A stretch of 61,992 nucleotides of DNA, the filler included, from Hausera hauseri (lineage: Eukaryota), in the NCBI GenBank assembly GCA_046269625.1. It is 10 parts of 10 records of this genome, joined end to end, with 100 filler letters (N's around TTAATTAATTAA, not from the genome) between each part and the next. Parts side by side here need not be neighbours in the genome. Positions count along the whole stretch, not along the records: positions 50,500 to 57,863 come from JBJURY010019010.1; positions 57,964 to 61,992 come from JBJURY010808198.1; 8 more parts are not named here. One strand, 5' to 3'. The position numbers and the translations under genes are program-made. The notes beneath the pieces are model-generated. The model had not been told where the DNA came from, made no database searches, and saw only the letters and a program-made list of their open reading frames with translations. The first letter of the stretch is position 1; every line of letters starts with the position of its first letter. This document shows, in pieces, positions 50,500-61,992 of this stretch.

Positions 50500-50995
50500 A
50501 TATTGGTAATTTTAGTTTTGATGGAAGCTTGTAAATGAAAAAAAGGCTGTTGGTTTTGGATAAAGAGTCTACGACGTTTTGTGATTGGCGCCAGAATTGA
50601 TACAGTTTTAGCCAAGTTTGAGTAGAGTTTTGGCTGTCAAGGAAGTATTCTGTGCAGGGTGAATAAGTGAGGAGTGTGTGTTATGTCGAAGTGTTTGAAG
50701 TACTTTGTTTGAGTAAGTAGGTGATAGAGATCTGTGGTTTGGTGGGTTTGTCCGTGGTATCAATTTTGGGTGGAGAATCCATGCCACCACGGATACGGAA
50801 TTGAATGTGAAGGCCGACACAAGTTGTAAAAGGTTGGAGGGTCCAGCGAAAGGCACTATAAATCCTTTGTGTGTTAGATAGAAGTCAGAAGAGTGAATTA
50901 AGGTAGAGGTGAAGTTGTAAATAGCGGTAGTGTGTAAGTGTAATACTGTGTGTGTGAATGTGCTTGTTATTTAAAAAAAAGAAAATGGGGTAAGG
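50500..50995 (-). mobile_element. Gypsy (CsRn1-like) copy D fragment: Ubl and gag N-terminus
   Basis: DFYLTHKG...GLHIQFRIRGG|MDSPPKIDTTDKPTKP; close nucleotide similarity to 37690-38154. Confidence 0.85.
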
Positions 50996-51899
50996 ATATA
51001 TAAATTTTCTGTAATGTTTCCACACTATACGGTACTTCTTGGCCTTTAAAGCAATACTGAACTTGTTTTACAAAATCAGCAGACATTGATCCGAAAGCCG
51101 ACAAAGATGATCTGCATCTGGACACTATTGATCGCAGTAAAATTATGATACACCCCAAACCAACTAAGGTGGCAATATCCATGCCAGGACACTTCTGAAT
51201 ATGTTTAATATAATACTGAGCAAATTGAGTAATGAGAAAATCGATTTTTGCTGAATCCTCCTAAAAATTATTCAAAGTGAACGGCTAATGAAGTAATTAT
51301 GACAGTTAATCAATAACGTGTAGAAAAATGTGACATAATCATTCGATTCTGAACGAAGTTTCAAAAACTGTGTAAGAGATTTACATTCAGAGTATAGATT
51401 TCTTGCGTACGCATTTTAAGTATTACAAAAGATGGAAATAGCAAAGGGGTCGATTTTTCGAAACATCGTATTCCAGACTGTCATGTATATTATCCTTAAA
51501 CTATCAAACTTGCCAAAATAACGTAATTGGAACCAATATTCTTTTAATATTTGATTTATAGTTTTTTGCATGATGTGCCGAAATGAAAAATATTCATCGA
51601 ATATTCGGCATAGCCAAAATTTGTACTTGAAAGAATATGCGATACATTTTAGATTGAATGAACTTCTAGAAAACACTAGAAGTCGAATATATTACTCGAT
51701 TCATAAGTTTCCGTTTCTGAATATTGGGCAGGTTTACTGCATTTATTTATACTCATTAGGGCGGTTCGAAAAAAAGTTTTTTTTGAAAGTTCAACATCCC
51801 CTGATTGTATTTGACTAAGCTTGGTGTCAGTGTACACAACCCAAATTTCTTCGGATACTGTTTTAGCCACCAAGTTCAATGTCGCAAAGTGTTTCATGT

Positions 51900-53720
51900 T
51901 CAAGAAACAAAAGTGAAATATAGAAAACAATGCCGCCAAAGAACCTGACAATTTCATCATAAACGATGTTGTCACAGAGAATGTTCAGACGATATATGAC
52001 CGTTGCAACATACCATCAAACCGGAAAGACAAGATCAAAGAACGTGTTTGGTTCTTCAAAAAATTCCATTATCAAGGAGGTTCCAAAATCCTCATAAACC
52101 AAACCCCGGTAGTATCACTGAATTTTTTGCTAAGAAAAAGAGTAATTATTGTCAAGAATGGAAAGTCTGTTCGAAGCTGCAGATAACGCTAAAGTGCCAA
52201 AAATTGAGAAACAGTTTCTGGAGAATGAAATATCTGCTAGAAGAATGACGATTAGGTGCACGATAGATCAGGATGCTACTAGGAAGAAAGAGCAGAAAGA
52301 AGAGTACGAAAAATTTGAACAGGAACGAATTTAACGTGAAAAGGAGAGGACTATGCGGGAGACGACTTTTAAAATGAATATATTATTCCACCAGTAGCGA
52401 TTAGGATGAAGGTGACGGCGAGATGGATCAAATAGAGACAAATGAAGATTATACACCAGGACCATCCACTTCCAATGCATGAGACCTTATGGCATACCGG
52501 GCATTGTTGACAAATCAAAAATTTGACGAGCTACATATCACGTGATTGAAGAATTATAAAAGGCCCCTACAGCGTTTGGTGGAGGGCTCGGTTATGATGG
52601 ACAAAAAGATCTAACATCACTCAAACCGAATAGCATATTTTATATTGAACTTTCTGCGGGAAAATCAGTTAGTAGAAGCTCTTGCATGTGTCGGCACGAA
52701 TACCAACGTTGGAGCTGCAGGAGGAATAAATCACCTAATCGAAATCAATATCGGCTGAGAAGTACAGTGGCTAATTTGTTTGCTCCACGCTATTGAGCTT
52801 CCCTTGAGGCACTTGATTACAGAACTGGACGGACCAACATCGGGATCAAGCACTTTTTCTCGACCAATCGGAAAGATGCTTCAAAATGTTCTGGAACTGC
52901 CAATCATAACTTTTAAGCGTTTTTCCCATTCATAACACCTTTATGATATACTGGATTCCATCTTGAAAGATCTGTCCGAAGATCAGAAATACATATGGAG
53001 GGTGGTTACAGGTCTCATTACTGGAAACTGGGGCGGCTGAAGATTGGACCCTGTTGATTGCTAACAACCGCATGTCAAATTTGTCACATTTATGCTTCTA
53101 CGGAGAAACTTTCTAGAGTGCCGACGACCCTCATGGCCTACATCATCAGTGTATATGCTCCAATGTGGTTCCTGGTTAAATGCATTGAACTTGCAATTGA
53201 GGGTCCACAAAGCCTCTTCTTCCTGATGATGCGGAGCGTGCAGATGGGTGATTCTGTGCCAAAAGATATTGTTCAACGGTGTATTCAAAGAAATAAGTTC
53301 TTTGACCATCCTGAGAACATTCTGCTTGCTCAACTAGCATCCGAATCGAAAACAGACAGAATTGATGCTGTTCGTGCTATCATTGAAGCACGAGCCAAGT
53401 TCCGTCAAACGAATTCAGTGGCACCAGTTCATTTATTCCAGGTTCCTTCACTCGATTTTCAGGCAAAGAATAGGCAAAGAACGATCAAGTGGGCCGAAAG
53501 GGATATTTATGAACTACCGTTGACTAGAAAGCTCACAAACAGTGACTTACATAAGATCGTAGCTATGCCCTTGGTCGTGCGCAAATTTAAATGTCACATA
53601 CAAATGGTTGAGAGTGCTCTGAAGGAGGTGACTCGAATGTCACGGAAGGTCGTTGGAGAGACCAAGAGAAATTCCAGCATAAAGATGGTGATGGTAAACC
53701 GTTCAAGGTTTGCAAACTAG
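51900..53720 (+). mobile_element. hATm-like transposase remnant
   Basis: GTNTNVG; VQWLICLLHAIELPLRHL..LDGPTSG; YAPMWF; HPENILL; KCHIQMVE. Confidence 0.75.
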
Positions 53721-54429
53721 GCAATCTTAATTGATGTTATTCTTATAATCTTGATGGCAATACAAAAACTTTCTACTATGCTTTAATTACCATGTGTACT
53801 GTGGAATGTCGTATTGCGCATTTCTTAATTGTACATTATGGAAATTTCACGAGAGAAAAAGAAGTGCTTTTTTGTAACATCAAGATAATATTGTATTGAC
53901 AACAATGTTAATGAATTAATAGTAGAAGTTTCATAGGGTAGTATACAATGTATAGAATGGACGAATTTCGGTCGGAAGGATGATCACAAATAGGAATAAA
54001 ATTTTAATATATGTAAATTTATTGGTCTCACCTCACAGAAATGTTATATTTGGGATATGAAATTCATATGCAAAATTGGAATAAATAATTTTGAAACTTA
54101 GATGTAACTCAACGGGGTCAAAGTTTAGATGTCCTCGGCTATCGGAATTCAAGGAGTCTATGGCATGCGTACACCATGTAGTATAAGAATTATTCTTGAT
54201 CTATAAGACCTACACTCCATTCCAGTAAAAAACAACAATGAAGAGAAAATTAGTGTATTGATACAATGATCTGGCATTTATTAAAGTCAGTCGATCAGTC
54301 AATTTGTCAAAGGATTTATTGCATTTGCTTTCAACTGCCATTTCTTTAGCGTTATAGATATCAACAACTGAAAGCGACGTGTGAGTGGACTGTCTAAGCC
54401 TATAGTTCAAACTTATTTACTATTTAGTT

Positions 54430-56601
54430 AAAGTCTTTTTCAGTGCGTCTGGCAATTGTCAACGATCTTACTCAACAACTTGAAGGGGAAACTGCAGTTG
54501 ATTCTCGTCTTTTGTCAACAGTCCAGTGTAATTATGAACCAATGCTACACCACGTTCTGCATTATCATTCACCACTGTAAGGGCATTGGCAGTGACCCTG
54601 GCCTGTTGGTAACTCTCAATTATGCTCCATGAAGCTGGATCTTCTTCCAGGAATTCTGTAGGAATTTTTAATATTTCAAACAGCACTAGCGACCTCTTGG
54701 ATATAAAGCTTGAAAACTGCCGATACTTTATCGTCTTAATGTCAACTACTGCTCTCTTTGGAGGATGTTTATCAGCTGAACTGTCCTGAATGCCACGGAT
54801 CATGGCAGTCTTCTCGTTAGGTGTATGGTCATCAAACAGCGCGAGACACCAGTTCCTCTGTGATGTACCATAGGTGAGAACTGAATTTGTCAGCTGAAAC
54901 TTTCGAAATTTGTGGTTGGAATGCCTCATATGCAACCAGGTCTTTAAGGAATTGTAGATCATCAGCAGGGGTAGCTGCTGCATTTGGCGCCATAAACCAT
55001 GCCTTCATATACAGACGAGCCACAAAAACTCAAATTTTACTAAGGCCTTGTTGTTCTTTTGAAGTGAGTTTGAAATCGGAGCGGGAGAGTCAAATTTTCA
55101 TAGCATAAATAACTTCTGTCATCCATCTAGCTTGTGGAATGCGCCTGGAGCCATGAAGTGAGCACCCTTCTGAGGTGTAATTCCTAGATAGATCAGAGTA
55201 AGCTCCAGCATCTCACGGTAGTCATCTGTGGGTTGTTGTTGCAAAAGTTTGTCACTGATTAACTGAATGTTGGCTTCCTTTATGTCTGACACCTGAGTGG
55301 CTGCTAGATCGTCGCAGGTGATATCTTGATAATGCAGGTGATTAATATATGATCACTGTTCCTTGAAGTGCTTGAAGATGTGGATATCCGGCCCATCGGA
55401 AACACCCAGGCGCTTCTGGAATACAGCAGCAATGACTATTTCGATTATGTGATGTCGACAGGCCAGAATTAATAGATTTCGTTTGAGTATTTATTGTGAT
55501 TCTTCCTATGTTTGAACTGGTTGTATTAAAACTCATTCCAATAACAGTTTCTTCCAAGTCCCATTCTTTTAACGAATCACAAACAGCCTTCGCCCGTGCT
55601 TCAGTTGTTCCAGACGGTAGTTTGGCCACAGTACATAGCTCTGAAATTCCAGCTTCGGTGACAATAATTGGCAGGCGATCAACGTGTTCATTGCCTGTCA
55701 AGTCCTTCAACAGCTTGCTATCCCAGTGCACAACCACAGGAACATTTGCTACAAACGCTTCTTTCAGTTTCTCGGCTATCATCCTTCGATGTTTGAGTTG
55801 GCTACGGCGAATGGTCTCGCTATTTAGTGCCAACCCGTGGATATCATGACCGAGACTGTTTGCTATTTTAGAAACAATTATCATTGCTTTACGATTTGAC
55901 AATTTTGTGTGGTCGATTGCAGCAGTCATCTGCGGAGTAATTACTCTTTTTCTGCCTCTCTCATCACGTGGGGTTGAGATTGGTTCATTATGCTGATATT
56001 CTTCATGTGACTCCTCTGTGTCGTTATCAAAGCCTGACGTGGTGATGGTGAATGATGTACTGGATATTTCATTTGTCAAGAGGCAGCGAATACGTCTTTT
56101 GTGTTGCTCCATTTGCCTTTCAAGACGCCTTTTCTCCAGTTTGTGAAGCTTATCATCCACACCAGCCATGCTGCCTTGTCTGTCCTTCTCTCGCTGCGCT
56201 ATCAGGAATTCACGATCCCCTGGAATTTTTATCACTGACAACGCGTCAGAGTGAGCAATATCAAAGAAGTCTTCAAGCATATCACAGAATTGTGTTTCGT
56301 TCTTTTTTTGTTGCTGTCTCACGTGCTTTGTTCTTTTTCAGAGATCGCCAGTGGTCAAAGATGTCTTAAATTTTTTCTGGTAGTGTTGAACAGCTCTTGT
56401 CGGTATTCTTGCTGGATTACAGAACTCTTGAACCTTGCCAATCACAACACTGGATGAATCACACCTTGTCTTCTTAAGATCGAAATGGTGGCACAAAAAC
56501 AGGCCTAGGCACTGACGAAATGATGGCAATTTAGAACCCGAGATTTCATAGGTCTTATTTTCCAGTAAATACACCAAATCTTTGCAGCGTATGGTTGTCA
56601 T
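54430..56601 (-). mobile_element. Second hATm-like transposase remnant
   Basis: GSKLPS.RQCL; VVHWDSKLL.DLTG.EHVDRLPI; GMSFNTTSSNIG; HLWY.TEELV; VVNDNAERGVAL. Confidence 0.8.
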
Positions 56602-57963
56602 TGTTACAAGCTGTTAAACTCAAAGTGCTTTGTAAATTAACGTGTTTGAATTTTATAAATCAATACATACATATAATTTGACTTTTTCAGTAACAACTGT
56701 ATTAACGTGAAGTCACGTCTGTCATACAAAGAATATTAAAGCTAAATTAAACCATTTAAAAATAAGAAGAGTTGGCAAAGTTGGTTTACTGCTTCCTTTA
56801 CTGTTTGTCAATTTGCCTGAAAATTTGCAGGAAGAATTATCATAATAAACCTAATAAATTTATAGACTGAGAGAAAGTGATTCCGCATGTTCAAAAATAA
56901 GTGTCACGCTACTGAATAAACATTTCTTATGTAGCTTGGTGCTTGCATGTTCATTTCTCATCATAGGCCTATGCATAATTATACTAAACTTTAGTGACTA
57001 TACCATGTGCTGTTTCATTCTGAAATATTTCATTCCTTGAATAAGCTTCAAAATCTGCTTCAGAATGTATTTATATTTGCTATTTTGTTAAGTGCATCTC
57101 AATTTATTGAAACTGAAAGTTTTATCAAACAGCCCGATGTGTAGAATTTAACACACCAAAATTTACTACACTGCGGTAAAATTAACTGTATAATTAAATT
57201 TCAATAATCTCTCTTCAGAGAAAAGTAATTTTTATGTCGACAGCAAATAAATTTGGGCCAGAAGGGATCAATTTTCTTTTTGCAATAAATCCTCGAATAT
57301 ACCTAATTGAAACGAATTTGGTCGCTTGACAAATTTATCATTATCTATTTATCTGAAACCATGAAATTGTCAGGACGCCAACGTGAATCGGAAAGTAACC
57401 GTAAAAAATCATGAAGAAAGCTGTCTAAAATAAAATGATTGATGACTCATACACATCAATGGGCCTATACAAGTAAAGGCGAAAACCAAAAGGAGAGAGA
57501 AATTGTAGAGCATTCGTGAACGTGTAGTGTAATTGCCAAGCCGATTATAAAAGAGTAGTCTATTCAAGTAGAAACAGATATCCAAGTGGAAAAGATCGTA
57601 TCGGAAGCCAGATATTCTAAGTGCTGATTGACTAGACGACGCAGTACGTAGAATAAGTATTTGTTTTTGCCATTATAATAAATTTTACATTTCATTAAAC
57701 TTCCGACAATTTTTCAGCGCTTAGACGGTTTTTAAACGCAGTAACTGATCGAGAACGACAGTCTTTAACTGCATATTAAACGTCAATTAATATTCTTGGA
57801 ATTATTGTTAGTTTCGGGAGTTGTTTAGGGCCACCGAAAAAAACAATTGTAATTTTTGTACACNNNNNNNNNNNNNNNNNNNNNNNNNNNNNNNNNNNNN
57901 NNNNNNNTTAATTAATTAANNNNNNNNNNNNNNNNNNNNNNNNNNNNNNNNNNNNNNNNNNNN

Positions 57964-58060
57964 ATTCTTTTATCAAATTCTAACAGGTGAGATCGTAATA
58001 AATGTTATTTTCATGAGAACTATCTTACAAAATATATCAGTTTGGTTTGAATTTTGATAA
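57964..58060 (+). repeat. Duplicate of the NLK exon 4 end and intron start (61027-61123)
   Basis: First 77 nt identical, then one mismatch and about 19 more matching bases. Confidence 0.9.
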
Positions 58061-58199
58061 GAGTAACTTTTATTACTGCTTGAATAGGAAGTTAAACATA
58101 CCTAGGCAACTACTGTTTTATGTATGATCCATTATTCTCTTCAATTCTTGAAACCCAGTTTCGAAGAAATGTGCAGGTCTCGTTTGAATAAAGTCTTCA

Positions 58200-58406
58200 A
58201 CTATTTGTCGTAACTCCTCCTTATCATCGAACTGCCAACCTCTGAGATGTTTTTTTCAAATGTAAAAACAGGAAAAAATCGCTTGGCGCCAGGTCTGTTG
58301 AGAATGGGCGATGGTCAAGCAACTTGAAACAAAGATTGTTAATTTCGGTGGTTGTGAGGGCACTTGTGTGAACAGGAGCATTATCCTGTAAAAGGAAGAG
58401 ATTCAT
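58200..58406 (-). mobile_element. Mariner transposase C-terminal fragment
   Basis: LLQDNAPVH; H.PFSTDLAPSDFFLF. Confidence 0.85.
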
Positions 58407-59363
58407 CAGTCTGTATTTTCATCTGTTCCTTCTAGCCTTCTGCAATAATTCTGCATAATAGGCTGAATTAATCTTGATCTGTTTATCTGCAAAATGAAGT
58501 GATACAACACATTTTTCAAATATCTGCAAAATATAATGAAAATACAAGATATTTTAATATTGAAATAACTTAACATCAGAACATCCAACTTTATACAATT
58601 TTTGAATATACGCAAGAAGTTCGCCCCGCTTCTTCGACCAAAAAAACAGATCCACCCACGCGAATCCATTCTCGTCCATTTATTTCAATTATTCTATTTC
58701 TTGAAGAACGAAGACGATTCAACTTCGATTCCAAAAAATTCAACCGCTCATTGAAATAATTTAGTGGAATACAAAGTTCCAAGACCAAATCCATTTAAAT
58801 TTGGATCTCGAAGATCATCATAAGTCAACCGTTGGCTTTCCATGTAATATTTCTTGGCATCTTTAATAGATCTTATTTCCCTTTCCAAATTTCTTTGATC
58901 TTTAGCCAATATCATCTTTACTTTCTTATTATAAAGAATCCATGCATCCACAAAACGATCTTCGCTAAACATCTAAAATCGAAATAAAATTAAACAAATA
59001 TAAAAAATATTTAAAACAAATATTAAAAATAAATTAAGAAATATAATAAAAATAATCTTAAAACAATGTAATAGAAATAATGACTAAAGCCAAAGTTAAA
59101 TAAGGCCTCTTAATTTTTTTTAAAAATTTATCAGACACTAATACAGTCTGCATATTATTCGGCTACAACAAATCAATAACAATTAACTGGGTCAGTCACA
59201 ACAACCGGAAAACCACTTGAGATAACACCAGCTATAATTAATAATGTCAAGTGGTACTTGAAATGACTGCAGGCAAACTCAATTAATCACTCAAGTGTTA
59301 CTATAAATAGCACACTAGTAACACGAGATAATAAAACACGCTGAAACAGACAGATGAATCAAA

Positions 59364-59960
59364 TTAATTTTGAGTGTCAAATACTCCTTTGCCGTGACAT
59401 CTGCGCAAGTATTGTAAAAATGTCTTCCCGGAGCAGCTTCCGTCGATTATTTGATACCCTGCAATTTCGTTACAAGAAATTGTCAGGGCAAGGATACCAG
59501 ATGGAGCATATCCGTAATTTCTCGAAACATGGATGTTAAATCCAGTTTCATCCAGGAAGAGGAAATTTCTTTGCCCAAATTTTCGTACTTCCACGAAGAA
59601 GTCTAATCTTTGACAGAAATTTTTCATGGTGAGGATGTTCTCCGGCCTTTTCACCACTCTCTTTCGGGTCAGTCCCGCTTCCTTGAATATTCTAGACATT
59701 GTCATTGAAGACACGTTAAGGTCCAGTTTCTTCGCTATTTCTATTTGAGTTAATGTAGCATCACTCTATGATGGACTGAACGTCCTGGATAATATTTTGA
59801 TGTTTTTTCAGCTCTCTGGAAAGTTTTTTTGTTATATCGGAAAATGAACGGTCGCATGCATCTGTAATCTTCATCCATCGTTGAACCGTTCGGTAATTCG
59901 TATTTGTTGATTCCGACATTTCCTTTAGCGGAAAACCCCTATTTAACATATTTCTCATTA
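59364..59960 (-). mobile_element. Tc1/IS630-like transposase remnant
   Basis: HTH-like YRTVQRW; GLTRKR; FLFLDETGFN..YGYAP.G. Confidence 0.75.
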
Positions 59961-60160
59961 TGTTAAATTTGTCCTAAGTCATTTTTTCCTTGCTCATTTT
60001 TAAATTTGTAAACATGTGTATAATATTTAAACAAATTTGTTACATTTATCTGATTATAAACACCTATCCATTTCATATATTATACTATATACTATTCATT
60101 ATCACACATAAGCACGTTTTATTTTTTCGAACCTTGGCCGTTGCTACTAGGACAAGTCAG

Positions 60161-61049
60161 ATGTTAGTCACAGTAAAATTTATGGCAAGTACAGTTGTGG
60201 CTCCAAATGCTATTATAACATCGTTAAAGCCACTGAAAATCGATCCTTGGAGAAATATTTCGATGAATGTGCAATATCCCATCATTCAAACTTGTAATCC
60301 AGTATTGCAATATGAATATCAGAAATCAATTTTACTACCGTCTTTCGGTAATCCAATGGTTCCTTTTCCAAATCAATGTATATCAATTCCTAACAATATT
60401 CCTCAGTCATTGAGATCTTTTCAAGTTATTCCTATCAGTATGGCTCATCAATTTTCGGGCTTAATGCCTCATGCACATTTACTTGCATTATCACATCAAC
60501 CGAATAATTATTTACGAAATCGAGGTTTTAATTTTAATAATTACAATAAAATTGTTGTTAGTTTCGATGGGAAAAAACCATTAGGAAATGGAGCTTTTGG
60601 TGTTGTTTGGTAATTAATTTATTTTATTTTCGCAAATTGAATTGAATTATCCAAGGCAAGTGAACGATCCTCGAACAAATGAAAAAATGGCCATGAAACA
60701 AGTGACAAATGTTTTTACAAATGTTATGTCGGCTCAGCGTACGTATCGCGAGTTGAAAATGCTCATGTCGATAAAGCATTCAAATGTTGTTATTTTGATT
60801 TTAAATAGAACGTTTTAATTAATGTTTGATAGATCATTTTGCTGAACGATGTCATTTTGGAAGATCAGTCGAATTCTATGTCGAATGATATGTAAGCAAT
60901 CATTTGGATTTTTAAATGAGATTGATTATTGAATTTTATTAGCTACATTCTATGTCAGTTTATGGACTTTGATCTTCATACAATAATTTCATCCAAGAAG
61001 TCCATTGCCAAGTTTCATGTTAAATTATTCTTTTATCAAATTCTAACAG
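60161..61049 (+). CDS. NLK: Nemo-like MAP kinase 5' exons: ?-60609, 60656-60785, 60833-60891, 60943-61049; start codon uncertain, gene incomplete
   Basis: KPLGNGAFGVVW/QVNDPR...MKQVTNVF..RTYRELKML..KHSN/...IYILCQFMDFDLH.II...HVKLFFYQIL; GT-AG introns of 46-51 nt. Confidence 0.8.
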
Positions 61050-61992
61050 GTGAGATCGTAATAAATGTTATTTTCATGAGAACTATCTTACAAAATATAT
61101 CAGCTTGGTTTGAATTTTGATAATATTAAAAGAAACAAGTGTTGTAAATTAGCAAATTTCACGGGAGTAATGTGCATTTTTATAAATTTATCTTGCTTAA
61201 TAATCTATATTTTTAAGCTAAGTTTTAATTTATATGAATATGAATTATTCCAATTTTCGTACTTAATTTTTAAATTGAGTTCGAAACGTTGATTCTTATT
61301 AATTGATGAGTGTTAAACTAATCAAAAATTACCCAAACATCGCCACATGGTAACAAATTAAAATACAATTCAGGTCAGTACGAGTTAAAGATGCTATGAC
61401 GACATGACTATTAATCACAAATAAGTGACTCCTTGTTAACTCAGTTTTTAAAATTTCATTGGTTGAATTTGAATGATATAAGTTGTATATGTTGTGTTGT
61501 TGAACGTAATCCTTTCTGACGAACTTTTCTTTTTGTATAAAAAATTAATGTTTGTTGATTTATGACGTTTTTACTTTTACATCACGCACAATCGACTTTT
61601 TATTGATTACCATCAGCCAAGTCTCAGTTTGTAATATTTTTCTTTTGATTTTGTTTGTTCATGATGTTGATTAATTAGTTTTTTTGTTTGCCTCTGTACG
61701 TGTAAATTATGATTTGAACTTATTGCACCGATTCTATTTCAAATTAAACTAAATATAGTTGAACCCACTTTGATTAATCATCATGTGCTTAGGGTGTTTT
61801 ACGTTACGATTTCCATTGATCGTACTCTTTTCATTGATATTGATATACACTCGATAATTTTGTTCATCATGGCTCTTTCAAAATTATCTATGGCTTAAAC
61901 GAAATAATTCTGTCCAATCCACCTCATCAACTGTTCTGTGCCTAGTTAATTACAACAGCTTCAACTTAGACATTAATATGAATATTGTCTGT

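Noticed and set aside
58406-58972. Overlapping short minus-strand ORFs, possibly viral or Polinton accessory
   Set aside because: No diagnostic motif.

Overview
AT-rich eukaryotic (animal-like) DNA with short GT-AG introns. The window is not contiguous: it is 10 small contigs joined by an artificial 100-nt linker (N44-TTAATTAATTAA-N44), so adjacency across linkers means nothing. It is mostly decayed transposons: a circularly permuted BEL/Pao retrotransposon, four CsRn1-like Gypsy copies, two related Gypsy 3' ends with unusual cargo, a ~168-bp satellite, and piggyBac, hATm, Sola-like, mariner/Tc1 and Polinton remnants. Host gene pieces are a RIC1 pseudogene, a SYT14/16-like C2 exon, an LRR-Roc-COR-like pseudogene and NLK 5' exons. 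Main finding 1: five LTR-element copies from two superfamilies carry a ~70-aa ubiquitin-like domain fused N-terminally to Gag. It ends in a di-Gly site (QFRIRGG, HFRICGG, FQLKGG) or a single-base variant of one (HFRLRGE, PIIRDG), suggesting Gag maturation by host deubiquitinases. Main finding 2: an intact Gypsy integrase reads through into signal peptide, three FN3-like domains, a TM helix, an unknown beta domain and a dead REX4/ISG20-like exonuclease; a diverged relative adds a RING finger. All family assignments come from motif recognition by eye; no searches were run.
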